Below are positions 9,882 through 19,179 of a DNA stretch of 64,000 bases, piece by piece. The notes under the pieces are model-generated. The model was not told the DNA's origin, ran no database searches, and worked only from the letters and a program-made list of their open reading frames with translations. This DNA comes from Escherichia phage Ge15. A program made the position numbers and the translations under genes. How positions within the stretch are numbered: the first letter of the stretch is position 1; each line of letters begins with the position of its first letter. The stretch is from sequence record PP359696.1, one strand, 5' to 3'.

Positions 9882-10070
9882 ATGAAAATTGAAGCACTCA
9901 ATCAAGAAGGAAATATCTACGTCATCATTAATGGTGATTTTTTCGTCGACATGGATGAAGTTACTAGTGAAGAACTTGTAGAATTTCTTAAGAAACGTTA
10001 TAATATGTGTGATGAAGTTGCAACTCACATGGCGTGTGCAATATTCTCTCTTTCATATGTGGTGGAATAA
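9882..10070 (+). CDS. Hypothetical small acidic protein
   Basis: Start moved to ATG 9882 after AGGAG RBS because track start 9837 lies inside the early promoter. Confidence 0.45.
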   Translation: MKIEALNQEGNIYVIINGDFFVDMDEVTSEELVEFLKKRYNMCDEVATHMACAIFSLSYVVE

Positions 10071-10273
10071 TGATTAGTATCGAACAAGCGGATAAAATTA
10101 AGGAATTGGTAGCTTTAATTCGTAAAGCAGATGAGGAACTTAGTGACTTTGCTTGGTTTTCGTCAGGCATTGCAAATAAAAGTATTGAAGAACTTGAAGC
10201 TAAAGTTGATAATGCTTTAGAAGCGTTAGATATGTTTCTTGATGAAATTATCGATCATAATACGAGAGTTTAA
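10070..10273 (+). CDS. Hypothetical small protein
   Basis: TAATG overlap start; 67 aa. Confidence 0.45.
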   Translation: MISIEQADKIKELVALIRKADEELSDFAWFSSGIANKSIEELEAKVDNALEALDMFLDEIIDHNTRV

Positions 10274-10275
10274 TT

Positions 10276-10470
10276 ATGCTAACACGTGAACAGTTTGAAA
10301 AAATCATTAAATTAGCACGTGATATTGAAATAGATTCATATCAATTAGCAGTTGAGCATTGTGAAGGATATTCATACGACGGTATAGAAGCAGCTAAAAG
10401 AGATTTGGATAAATCCAAAGCTAAGTTAGTTCAATATCTTGAAATGATTAGGTGGAATAATGAAAACTGA
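10276..10470 (+). CDS. Hypothetical small protein
   Basis: 64-aa ORF. Confidence 0.45.
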   Translation: MLTREQFEKIIKLARDIEIDSYQLAVEHCEGYSYDGIEAAKRDLDKSKAKLVQYLEMIRWNNEN

Positions 10471-10633
10471 AAAGCAGATGTTTTTAATGAAGCTAATTGA
10501 AGAATATGCTAATGCAGTTTCTGACTATGAGTATTCTGCTCGGGAAAGAGGTACAGCTTTCGCAAAAGAAGAAATGAAAATCATGGTTGATGCTCACACA
10601 AAGCTTCAGAATTTTATTGAAAACGTCATTTAA
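10460..10633 (+). CDS. Hypothetical small protein
   Basis: 57-aa ORF not in track; GGTGG RBS; overlaps upstream stop. Confidence 0.35.
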   Translation: MKTEKQMFLMKLIEEYANAVSDYEYSARERGTAFAKEEMKIMVDAHTKLQNFIENVI

Positions 10634-10670
10634 TGGTTTACAAGTTGGCAAGGTTATGGTATAGTAATCT
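10633..10670 (+). promoter_or_regulatory. T4-type early promoter
   Basis: GGTTTAC ... TATGGTATAGTAAT. Confidence 0.65.
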
Positions 10671-10797
10671 TGTCAACTGCCAAGGAGAAGAGAATGAAAG
10701 TTTTGTTTGTTGTGTATGTGGTGATTCAATATAATTACCCAATGTTTACTTATAATCTGGTGAACAACATTATTGATATGATTCAGAGGAGTATGTA

Positions 10798-11343
10798 ATG
10801 ACGGTAGCGGCGAAACGATTAGTATTAGAAGTTAGTTCACTTTTTGGTGAATTGGCTATAGAAAAAGTAAATAATATGTATCGTTTGACACAAGAAGACG
10901 ATATGCTGTATTTTACGCCTAGTGAAATCATTCATTTAACCAAAATTGAAAATCCTTATACTGATAAAATTGTAAGCATTAATGATGAGCATAAAATTCA
11001 TTTTTATTCTTCATGCCCAGGATTTAATATTGAAAGCGAGTCAATATGCTTATCAGTTATCCATTGGGATAGTTTTATAGATAAGATTAAATATTTTTAT
11101 TATTCTAATGAAAGAAAACATAGTTTAAAATGGTTTAAAAATTGCAATGCTATTATTACTAACGCTTGCAATCAGAATGATGAAACTGTTTTAAACGTAT
11201 CAAAATGTTATGAAGATGGAGATGTCTTAACTATTCGTCAAATTGATGATTTTCGAGCACATATTGTCACATTTACCAAAGACGAAGCTATTGCACTAAA
11301 GACTTATCTTGATTCTGTCATTCCAACTATGATTTCAAAGTGA
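10798..11343 (+). CDS. Hypothetical protein
   Basis: 181 aa, GGAG RBS, early promoter upstream. Confidence 0.5.
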   Translation: MTVAAKRLVLEVSSLFGELAIEKVNNMYRLTQEDDMLYFTPSEIIHLTKIENPYTDKIVSINDEHKIHFYSSCPGFNIESESICLSVIHWDSFIDKIKYFYYSNERKHSLKWFKNCNAIITNACNQNDETVLNVSKCYEDGDVLTIRQIDDFRAHIVTFTKDEAIALKTYLDSVIPTMISK

Positions 11344-11349
11344 GGAAAT

Positions 11350-11871
11350 ATGTTTATTTCAAGTGAAAGTGGTTTAATTCGTGTTGAATTTAAAAATGAC
11401 ATCTTTCTTATTCAAGGAGATGATATTATTAAAATGAGTTATGACGAAATCAAGAAAATTTGTCATGCTCTTGAAAGTCATGGAAAAGTGAACGCTGTTA
11501 TTGATATTGGCGATTTATGGGTGACACTTTATGAAGTATCCGAAGGATTTAACATTGAAGATGAAAATAACATTTTAGCTATTGATAAAAGAACTGATTT
11601 GCTTGATGTGTTAAAAGTTTATGAACAGTCAAACGGTGGAAGAAAAGCTGTATTGATTTATCAAAAACCGCATTCATGTGGAACTGCTTCAATCATTTCA
11701 AATATTGAAGGCGAAGTTGATACTTATATGTGTGTTTTAAAAGCTGGTGGTGACCGTCATCCGGATTTTATTTCTATTCGTCAAAACAATGGAGAAATTT
11801 CATTATCAAAATCAGAAGCTGAAGCTATGATTAAGTATTTAACAACCGTTACGCCTTCAATGAAAGGATAA
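11350..11871 (+). CDS. Hypothetical protein
   Basis: 173 aa, GAGG RBS. Confidence 0.5.
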   Translation: MFISSESGLIRVEFKNDIFLIQGDDIIKMSYDEIKKICHALESHGKVNAVIDIGDLWVTLYEVSEGFNIEDENNILAIDKRTDLLDVLKVYEQSNGGRKAVLIYQKPHSCGTASIISNIEGEVDTYMCVLKAGGDRHPDFISIRQNNGEISLSKSEAEAMIKYLTTVTPSMKG

Positions 11872-11873
11872 TT

Positions 11874-12335
11874 ATGATTATTAATGAAAACTCTTGGCAC
11901 TATAAATTATTCAAATTGTTTAACGATGAATGGCAACGACCTAAGACATTATGCGCATATTTTTGGTCTATTGCCATTCCTACATTTTTCGTTTCTATTT
12001 TTGGATGTGTTATACTCGTAGGGCTAACAATTATTTGTGCAGAAAGCCTACAACGTTGGCTTATTTTCGGTAGTTTATGGACTCTTCTTCCATCGGCATT
12101 TATACTTGCACTTTTGGTTGTTTTACTTATTATCGGTTCATTTGTTATTCCTGCACATTTGCGTGAAAAATATAAAGATTATAAATGGAAAAAGGATTAT
12201 GCTTTACACGTAGAAAATATTGATAGGGCGTATAAAGGTTTACCTCCTATTCAACCCAAGAAATCGGTTATCGTTGAATTTTTAAAAGCTCGTAAAGCTA
12301 AAGTATGTCCTGTTATTGAATATAAGGCTGAATGA
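11874..12335 (+). CDS. Hypothetical integral membrane protein
   Basis: 153 aa with 3 predicted TM segments. Confidence 0.5.
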   Translation: MIINENSWHYKLFKLFNDEWQRPKTLCAYFWSIAIPTFFVSIFGCVILVGLTIICAESLQRWLIFGSLWTLLPSAFILALLVVLLIIGSFVIPAHLREKYKDYKWKKDYALHVENIDRAYKGLPPIQPKKSVIVEFLKARKAKVCPVIEYKAE

Positions 12336-13345
12336 TGAAAACAGTAATGAAAAGCTATTTTGGTAGTCATCTTTATGGAACTTCTACCCCAGAATCTGAT
12401 GTAGATTTTAAAGAAATCTTTGTTCCTCCTGCTCGTGATATTCTTATCGGAAATGTTAAAGAGCATATGAGTAAAAATACCAACAACACATCATCTAAAA
12501 ACACTAAAGATGATATTGACCACGAATTGTATAGTCTTAAGTATTTCTTTAAATTAGCAGCAGATGGTGAAACTGTAGCATTAGATATGCTTCACACTCC
12601 ACCTGAACTAGTGGTTAAATCTGATTTGCCTGATGTGTGGAAGTTTATTCAAGACAACCGTTCTCGTTTTTATACGACTAACATGAAATCCTATTTAGGA
12701 TATGTCCGCAAGCAAGCTTCTAAATACGGTGTCAAGGGTTCTCGTTTGGCTGCATTACGCGATGTATTGAAAGTAGTTAATCAAATCCCTGAGCAATGGG
12801 TTGATTACCAAGAAGACGGTTCCATTAAGCAGCGTCGTACTAAAGTTGAAGATATTAAGCATCGTCTTCCAGAAAACGAATTCTGTGAATGGGTGTTCCA
12901 TAATCATGAGAAAACAGGTCCACAAACGTTCTATACAGTGCTGGGTCGTAAATATCAGACAACGCTTTCTCTTATTGAGCTTAAGCAGTCACTGAACAAA
13001 TTAGATGCTGAATATGGTGAACGTGCTCGTAAAGCCGAAGCTAATGAAGGTATTGATTGGAAAGCACTAAGTCATGCTTGTCGTGGTGGACTTCAACTAT
13101 TGGAAATTTACAAAACTGGCGACTTGATTTATCCACTCCAAGATGCTCCATTTATTCTCGACGTGAAGTTGGGTAAACATCCATTTAAAACAGTTCAAGA
13201 GTTTTTGGAAGATGTGGTCGATCAAGTAGAAGCAGCATCTACTGAAGCTTCTAAGAACGGTATGCAGCAAAAAGTAGACATGGGTTTCTGGGATGACTTC
13301 CTTGAGAAGGTCTATCTTGAAAACCACCGAAGTTATTATAAATGA
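12332..13345 (+). CDS. Nucleotidyltransferase-fold protein (Pol-beta superfamily-like)
   Basis: N-terminal GSHLYGTSTPESDVDF matches GS-x(9-13)-DhD nucleotidyltransferase signature; followed by terminator. Confidence 0.5.
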   Translation: MMKTVMKSYFGSHLYGTSTPESDVDFKEIFVPPARDILIGNVKEHMSKNTNNTSSKNTKDDIDHELYSLKYFFKLAADGETVALDMLHTPPELVVKSDLPDVWKFIQDNRSRFYTTNMKSYLGYVRKQASKYGVKGSRLAALRDVLKVVNQIPEQWVDYQEDGSIKQRRTKVEDIKHRLPENEFCEWVFHNHEKTGPQTFYTVLGRKYQTTLSLIELKQSLNKLDAEYGERARKAEANEGIDWKALSHACRGGLQLLEIYKTGDLIYPLQDAPFILDVKLGKHPFKTVQEFLEDVVDQVEAASTEASKNGMQQKVDMGFWDDFLEKVYLENHRSYYK

Positions 13346-13347
13346 TA

Positions 13348-13372
13348 GGGAGCCTTCGGGCTCCCTTTTTTA
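13348..13372 (+). terminator. Intrinsic terminator
   Basis: GGGAGCC-TTCG-GGCTCCC + TTTTTT. Confidence 0.8.
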
Positions 13373-13393
13373 TTTCAAAAATTTTTCACAAAG

Positions 13394-13432
13394 TTGTTTA
13401 CAAGCATAAAGCTTTATGGTACTATACAACTA
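13394..13432 (+). promoter_or_regulatory. T4-type early promoter
   Basis: GTTGTTTAC ... TATGGTACTATACAACTATC; palindrome ATAAAGCTTTAT in spacer. Confidence 0.7.
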
Positions 13433-13463
13433 TCAAAACAAATGAGTAAATTGGAGATACAAA

Positions 13464-13664
13464 ATGACTACTTTGAATAAACGTTTCGGTAAAGCTAAAT
13501 CTGGGTGTGCAGCTGAACGTCGTTATGTTTTCGCTCAGTTAGAAGATGTAGAGTATCAGATTAATCAAGTTCACATTACTGGTATCGAGCCTATGTGTGG
13601 CCTTGAAGCTCTTCGTGAAGTTCGTGACGGGTATCGTCGTGACATCGAAGAAATGTCAAAATAA
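13464..13664 (+). CDS. Hypothetical small protein
   Basis: 66 aa; early promoter and GGAG RBS upstream. Confidence 0.45.
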   Translation: MTTLNKRFGKAKSGCAAERRYVFAQLEDVEYQINQVHITGIEPMCGLEALREVRDGYRRDIEEMSK

Positions 13665-13721
13665 GTATACAAACTGATAGGACTATGTTATAGTAGTCCT
13701 ATCAAATCAAAGGAGAATAAA

Positions 13722-14690
13722 ATGAAAACTGTAACTATCAATAAGGGTATCTACTTTGGCAAAGAAATCTCTGGAACTTTTGAGCTCTTAGGCGAATGGT
13801 TCCCAGATAATGCTCCGGTAGATGCACAAGGAGATGGTAAAGTTTTTGTTGAAATTGACGGTAAACGTCGCGGTGTTTGGGTTTACAAATCAGATATTTC
13901 ATATGATGGTGTAAAAGTTGAAGAAGTTAAAGAATCGTATGAAGATATGAAAACCCGCATTAATAAAAGATTTAATGTTATGGGAATGATGACGAATGGT
14001 ATTATTAATGGAAATATTCGTTCATTAATTATCTCTGGCGCAGCAGGTATTGGTAAAACGTATTCTTTAGATAAAGCTTTAAATAAAGCAAATGATATTG
14101 GATACATTGAATATAAAAGCATTAATGGTAAAATCTCTGGTATCGGTCTTTATGAACAGCTTTGGAATAATCGTGAAGAGAATTCTGTCCTTTTGATTGA
14201 TGATGTGGATGTTTTCTCTGATATGGACATTCTTAATCTTCTGAAAGCTGCTCTGGACACCGGAGAGACCCGCAAAGTCTGCTGGAGCACTGCATCTTCT
14301 TACTTAGAAGAAAAAGGCATTGAGCGTGAGTTTGAATTTAAAGGAACGATTGTTTTTATCACAAACGTTGACATTGACCGCGAATTAGACCGTGGTACTA
14401 AACTTGCTCCACATTTACAAGCATTAGTTTCCCGCTCGGTTTATTTAGATTTGGGTGTTCACACTAATGAAGAAATTATGGTCAGGGTTGAAGATGTTAT
14501 TCTTTCAACTGACATGATGCAAAAACGCGGTCTTTCTGATGAAGAAACTTATAAAGCATTATCATGGATGAAAGTCAATGTTAATCGTTTACGCAATGTT
14601 TCACTGCGTACTGCACTTTATCTTGCTGACTTTATTATGACCGACAAAAACGGTTGGGAAGAAATCGCTGAGGTTACTCTTCTGAAATAA
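13722..14690 (+). CDS. AAA+/P-loop ATPase
   Basis: Walker A GAAGIGKTY and Walker B VLLIDDVD; AAGGAG RBS. Confidence 0.6.
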   Translation: MKTVTINKGIYFGKEISGTFELLGEWFPDNAPVDAQGDGKVFVEIDGKRRGVWVYKSDISYDGVKVEEVKESYEDMKTRINKRFNVMGMMTNGIINGNIRSLIISGAAGIGKTYSLDKALNKANDIGYIEYKSINGKISGIGLYEQLWNNREENSVLLIDDVDVFSDMDILNLLKAALDTGETRKVCWSTASSYLEEKGIEREFEFKGTIVFITNVDIDRELDRGTKLAPHLQALVSRSVYLDLGVHTNEEIMVRVEDVILSTDMMQKRGLSDEETYKALSWMKVNVNRLRNVSLRTALYLADFIMTDKNGWEEIAEVTLLK

Positions 14691-14779
14691 TTCATAAGAG
14701 GCCTTCTATGACAAAAAGGCAGTTCAGAAATAGATTATATGGACTGCCATCAAAAAGATGACTAGAATTAAACTAGTAA

Positions 14780-15094
14780 ATGGAGGTAATGATGTTATAC
14801 TCAAAGGCTCGTGAAATTTACGAAACTAAAATTAAAGAAGCAGTATTTCAGTTCGCAACAACGATGCGATGGACAAATGACTGGGAGTATTCAAAAAATC
14901 ATAAGAAGCCCTTGGTGACAAGAAAGGCTCATATGTTAGTGTTAATAGACCGTGAGCAGATTAAAGCCCGAGAAGCCCTCCAGAATCATAAAAAGGCTGC
15001 CTTTGAATGGTTTATGGATAATACTGCTCCTGAGACTAAGAAAGCGGTCAGCGCATGGTTCAGTGGAAAAAATTGTGAAAGAAGTTTCTTTTAG
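14780..15094 (+). CDS. Hypothetical protein
   Basis: 104-aa ORF; GGAGG RBS favours start at 14789/14792. Confidence 0.45.
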   Translation: MEVMMLYSKAREIYETKIKEAVFQFATTMRWTNDWEYSKNHKKPLVTRKAHMLVLIDREQIKAREALQNHKKAAFEWFMDNTAPETKKAVSAWFSGKNCERSFF

Positions 15095-15132
15095 TTGTTT
15101 ACAAGACCGTTCCTCTGTGGTACTATACAACT
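15095..15132 (+). promoter_or_regulatory. T4-type early promoter
   Basis: GTTGTTTAC ... TGTGGTACTATACAACTATC. Confidence 0.7.
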
Positions 15133-15154
15133 ATCAACTACGGAGGAACACAAA

Positions 15155-15682
15155 ATGAACGCTAAAGATATTTTCAACCTGGTAAATTACAACGATGGTA
15201 AATTTAAATCAGAAGCACAAAGCAAGTTCTTTAATGACATCTCAATCGGAGGTGAAATCACGGTTGATGGAGGACAAATTTACAAATCCCGTTGGAATTG
15301 GATCGTTATTATTGATGAGATTGGTATCGTAGAAATTTATAAAAATACGAATAAAAATCGTACATTACACTGGTCTCGTGATACTAACGAACAGTACAAA
15401 AAGGATAAAGCATCTAAATTATCTCGTGTAACTCAAGAAGATATTGAGTTCATCAAGAAAGATATTTTGATGTATGATAACTTAATTGCTGAAGAGCAAG
15501 CTGTTATTGATAAATTTGACGAGATTAAAGCTTCTCGTGAAATTCCTGATTTTATGAAAGAATCAGTAAATGAACGATACACTCTCATTTCAGAGCGTAT
15601 TGAAACTTACAAAAAGCAAAGAGCTGAACGCCAGAATACTCTTCGGAAGTTTGAAGAACGGTTAAAGACGGTACTCGCATAA
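15155..15682 (+). CDS. Hypothetical protein
   Basis: Start at ATG 15155 after GGAGG RBS, downstream of early promoter (track ORF 15095 begins inside promoter). Confidence 0.5.
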   Translation: MNAKDIFNLVNYNDGKFKSEAQSKFFNDISIGGEITVDGGQIYKSRWNWIVIIDEIGIVEIYKNTNKNRTLHWSRDTNEQYKKDKASKLSRVTQEDIEFIKKDILMYDNLIAEEQAVIDKFDEIKASREIPDFMKESVNERYTLISERIETYKKQRAERQNTLRKFEERLKTVLA

Positions 15683-15685
15683 CCG

Positions 15686-15715
15686 CTTTATACCAAGGAT
15701 GGTATAATGGTTCTA
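15686..15715 (+). promoter_or_regulatory. Possible MotA-dependent middle promoter
   Basis: CGCTTTA (Mot-box-like, one mismatch) + 12-nt spacer + TATAAT. Confidence 0.35.
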
Positions 15716-15737
15716 AGCCCTTTTAATTGAGATTATT

Positions 15738-16139
15738 ATGAAACAGTTGATAATTAAAAGATTGAATTTATTGATATGTTGTTTATGTATAGTAATTGCA
15801 TATGGTTATTACGTAATTAATGATTATATGCATTATAAAGATTATGATGTTACTGTAGTTAATACCATTACAGGAACACAAGGAAAAGGGTCTAGTTTAT
15901 CGTTTATTGCTGTATATGAACTCAAAGACGGTTATAGATTTAGTGAATATATTTCCCCAGAGATGTATTCTTCAATAGAAAAAGGTGATAATATTACTGT
16001 AAGTTTACGTCCTTTCGACGTAAAACAGACATGGTTTGATAATATTGTTTGGTTCTTTGGAATGGCATTAGTTCAGTCTATATGTGGTACTTATATAGTT
16101 TGTTCAATCTTATTCCGCGTAATTAATAAAATTGAGTGA
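15738..16139 (+). CDS. Hypothetical membrane protein
   Basis: 133 aa with N- and C-terminal TM segments. Confidence 0.5.
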   Translation: MKQLIIKRLNLLICCLCIVIAYGYYVINDYMHYKDYDVTVVNTITGTQGKGSSLSFIAVYELKDGYRFSEYISPEMYSSIEKGDNITVSLRPFDVKQTWFDNIVWFFGMALVQSICGTYIVCSILFRVINKIE

Positions 16140-16146
16140 GGAAAAT

Positions 16147-17034
16147 ATGTCAGTAGTAATTAATAATGTCAATGCAGTAATTAAATCTTTAGTTAATAAA
16201 AAATTGAATGAATGGACTGTACTTCGTCGTGGAGAGCCAGATAAATTTTTTCATAGATTTAACCCAACTTTGGATTTGAATGTTATTGACAGAGATGTTC
16301 ATGCTGAAATTTTAGATAAATTTAAAGTTGATATTGGGTTTGGATTAGATAAACATTTACAACGAACAAACGGGTCTGGAATGGGTTTATCTAATCGCAT
16401 TATGAAAGCCCTTAATAAAATTGGAGCATTGTCTCGTATTAACGCGAGTGAAATCCTTCGTAATTATAATAAAGGATATGACCTTTACGGTCGACTAATG
16501 CCGAAATTATCATTTGACCAAATGATCGCAGATTTGTGGGAAAATCAACGACGATTATTAGCATTAGGCGCTAGATTAGCTAAAGGTCTAGATAAACAAA
16601 TGATTTTTAAGACCAATAATACAGAAGACCTTAAATGCTTTAAATTTAGTATTCGCGGCGATGATTATTACGTCAGAGCTCGCTCTACAGATTATGTTAA
16701 TATGGGGCATCATCTCTGTTTAGCTTTTGAAGTTTTAAAAGAAGCCGGAACATTAGAATATGTGTCTGGTGCTAAATGCCCGATTGGTTCAAGTTGTATT
16801 TTAATTTATCGCCCGGATGAATCCAGTTTAACTAAATTGCCTACAAAACCTGTACCAGTTCGTAGTAATGAAAAATATTCCGAGCAAATTGATTATTTTA
16901 ATAAGCAAATTGAAGAGCTGAATATTTCTATTCAACAGTATGACGATGAAATTTTCAGACTATCTGGATTGAGTAGTAAAGCTAAATCTGAGCGTGAAAA
17001 ATTAATTAAAATTGTTGATTTACTTAAATCTTAA
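16147..17034 (+). CDS. Hypothetical protein, member of coiled-coil-tailed paralog array
   Basis: ATG 16147 after GAGG; C-terminal approx 45-aa heptad/coiled-coil tail. Confidence 0.5.
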   Translation: MSVVINNVNAVIKSLVNKKLNEWTVLRRGEPDKFFHRFNPTLDLNVIDRDVHAEILDKFKVDIGFGLDKHLQRTNGSGMGLSNRIMKALNKIGALSRINASEILRNYNKGYDLYGRLMPKLSFDQMIADLWENQRRLLALGARLAKGLDKQMIFKTNNTEDLKCFKFSIRGDDYYVRARSTDYVNMGHHLCLAFEVLKEAGTLEYVSGAKCPIGSSCILIYRPDESSLTKLPTKPVPVRSNEKYSEQIDYFNKQIEELNISIQQYDDEIFRLSGLSSKAKSEREKLIKIVDLLKS

Positions 17035-17042
17035 GGAACACT

Positions 17043-18068
17043 ATGAAAACTCGTTCTCAAATTGAAGATATGGTTCGTAATGCCAGCTATACCCGTAATG
17101 TTATGACATTTTTGTGCCAAAATAATTTAGACCCTGATAAAGTTAATCGTGATATTCACTTTAAGTATATGAATAGCAGTGAATGGTTACGTCATTTTAA
17201 TGAAGCAGGGTATATTACTCAAATGACTGCTCGTGAGCAGCTCACCGATTTCTGTAAAACTATTGATTATAAAAATCCTCTATTTGTTCAAGGCGTTGGT
17301 CAAAGTAAGGTCGATTTATCATCTGGATTTTTCAATCCGAATCATTATCGTATTGAATGGAGATTTATTGCTCTGTTCCGTAGACAATTAAAGCAAATTT
17401 TGTCTACTGCTAGTCGATTAAAAGGCTCTGATATTAACTTAAAGAACCTGAAATTTGATGGTTATACTCTTCAGATGGAAGTAAGACCATTAAAAGAAAA
17501 TAATAGAACTGCACGAATTAGCTTTAAACCTAATACAAAAAATTCTCTTTCAATTTGTGAATGCCTTAAATCACAGTTGACAGAAGCATTTAAGTATATG
17601 GATGTTGTTGCTGCTGTTCAATCTAAGATTTTACCTCGTTTTGAACGATTTAAGTTAGATACAACATCATATGAACTTGATATGATCGTTTCATTTAAAT
17701 ACGATTTTTTGAGAAAGGACGAAGTCCCGCAAGAGAAAAAGCAGGAAGTACAAGATAACTTAAATTTAAATTTATCCAATTACTTATCAAACGATCCTAA
17801 ATTTTGGATGTATAGTTCAGGTAATAAAGATGCATGGAAATTTAATAAAGTGAATTTTCTTCCTATTGAAAATCCGAGTCTTAAACCTGTTGAAAAATGG
17901 CATGCAGATGCAATTGAGAAGTCTATCAAGGCAGTAGATGATGAACTCGTTAAAGCAACTAATGAAGTGCTAGAAGCTGAAAAGATGTTGGAAAAAGCTC
18001 AAGAAAAAGTCAAAAATCTTACGAAGCAACGTTCTAAACTGAACAATGCACTAAATGCACTGAACTAG
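17043..18068 (+). CDS. Hypothetical protein, member of coiled-coil-tailed paralog array
   Basis: 341 aa, N-terminus MKTR..., C-terminal coiled-coil tail ending ALNALN. Confidence 0.5.
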   Translation: MKTRSQIEDMVRNASYTRNVMTFLCQNNLDPDKVNRDIHFKYMNSSEWLRHFNEAGYITQMTAREQLTDFCKTIDYKNPLFVQGVGQSKVDLSSGFFNPNHYRIEWRFIALFRRQLKQILSTASRLKGSDINLKNLKFDGYTLQMEVRPLKENNRTARISFKPNTKNSLSICECLKSQLTEAFKYMDVVAAVQSKILPRFERFKLDTTSYELDMIVSFKYDFLRKDEVPQEKKQEVQDNLNLNLSNYLSNDPKFWMYSSGNKDAWKFNKVNFLPIENPSLKPVEKWHADAIEKSIKAVDDELVKATNEVLEAEKMLEKAQEKVKNLTKQRSKLNNALNALN

Positions 18069-18100
18069 TTTACATTGCCACAAGGATGTGGTATAATGTT
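18064..18100 (+). promoter_or_regulatory. T4-type early promoter
   Basis: TAGTTTAC ... TGTGGTATAAT. Confidence 0.7.
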
Positions 18101-18125
18101 CTTACTTTCTACTGAGGAGATTATT

Positions 18126-19127
18126 ATGACTCGTAACGAATATATCAAATCATTCAATAGCGTTATTGATGATAAAGCTATACCGATGTTTGGTCAAAAT
18201 ATCATTCTTTCTATTATCAATCAATGGCTCAATAGTGTTGATGCAAGTATTGTTTCTTCTGCTAAATTTATTCATGAAATTCGTAAAATTTCTAGCCGTG
18301 TAGATAAAGATGTTATCAAGAAAACTTTTAAAGAGTCTCGTCTTCTTTCATATTTGGTTAATCGGGATATTCTTGGTAATTTTGGGAAAGAAATTAAACG
18401 AACCAAAGATGTAGTAGGATATAATTGGTTCGGTGATGTTAATTCTTATCATCTTAATAATAAAGAAGACCCTGAGAATATTTTTACTCGTCGTTGGATT
18501 AGTAATTTCAGACTTTTCAAAGGACAAATTCTAAAATCAGCTTCTAAATTATGTTATGGCGATTATCGTCAAATTCATCCTTTGGCTTCTGATATGATTA
18601 TCGTAAAAGAATATGAGCTTGATGAAAATAAAGTAGCTATTTTTGTGAATTATGGATTTTTTACACCAAACGCTAACCAAAAGAATATTAATAAATTTTT
18701 CTCAATTGCTAGCACTATAACTCGTCAGTTAGAGACTGCATTACTTTGTATGGAAACAGTAGAAAATATTCATACATATCCTTTTAAGAATATATGCGGA
18801 TGGGAAGGATATAAAATTATAATTAGCCTTCGTGAAGTGAAACGTACGTACTCACCGACTGATAAAGAAATTTACCAACAAAAATGTGATGAAATTGTGA
18901 ATACTCCTAAAGAAGAAACTACCCTTGAAGAACTAATGGAATGTCTTGACGATTCGCCTGAACCGATAGAAATTCGTCCAGAAGTTATTGCACTAGAAAA
19001 AGCTTATAAAGAAGTTCTAGAAATTTCTAATAAAGCGCAGAAAGAATATGAGAAGGCTAAAAGGATTTGGGAAGAATCTGTTAATCGCCTTGATCGTTTG
19101 GAACAAGCTTTACAGTTAATTAAGTAA
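18126..19127 (+). CDS. Hypothetical protein, member of coiled-coil-tailed paralog array
   Basis: Start ATG 18126 after GAGGAG RBS and early promoter; C-terminal coiled coil ending ALQLIK. Confidence 0.5.
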   Translation: MTRNEYIKSFNSVIDDKAIPMFGQNIILSIINQWLNSVDASIVSSAKFIHEIRKISSRVDKDVIKKTFKESRLLSYLVNRDILGNFGKEIKRTKDVVGYNWFGDVNSYHLNNKEDPENIFTRRWISNFRLFKGQILKSASKLCYGDYRQIHPLASDMIIVKEYELDENKVAIFVNYGFFTPNANQKNINKFFSIASTITRQLETALLCMETVENIHTYPFKNICGWEGYKIIISLREVKRTYSPTDKEIYQQKCDEIVNTPKEETTLEELMECLDDSPEPIEIRPEVIALEKAYKEVLEISNKAQKEYEKAKRIWEESVNRLDRLEQALQLIK

Positions 19128-19179
19128 TTTAAAGCCAAGGATGGCTCGGAGTATAAATCATTAACCAAGTGAGAAGAAC

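Noticed and set aside
14695-14780. 17-codon mini-ORF and a 6-bp stem (GGCAGT…ACTGCC) in the spacer after the AAA+ ATPase gene
   Set aside because: Too short and weakly supported to call; could be a terminator-less spacer.
19151-19158. Late promoter TATAAATC upstream of ORF 19180 (and a similar TATAAATC near 40366)
   Set aside because: Last position deviates from the TATAAATA consensus and no supporting context; kept out of the feature list.
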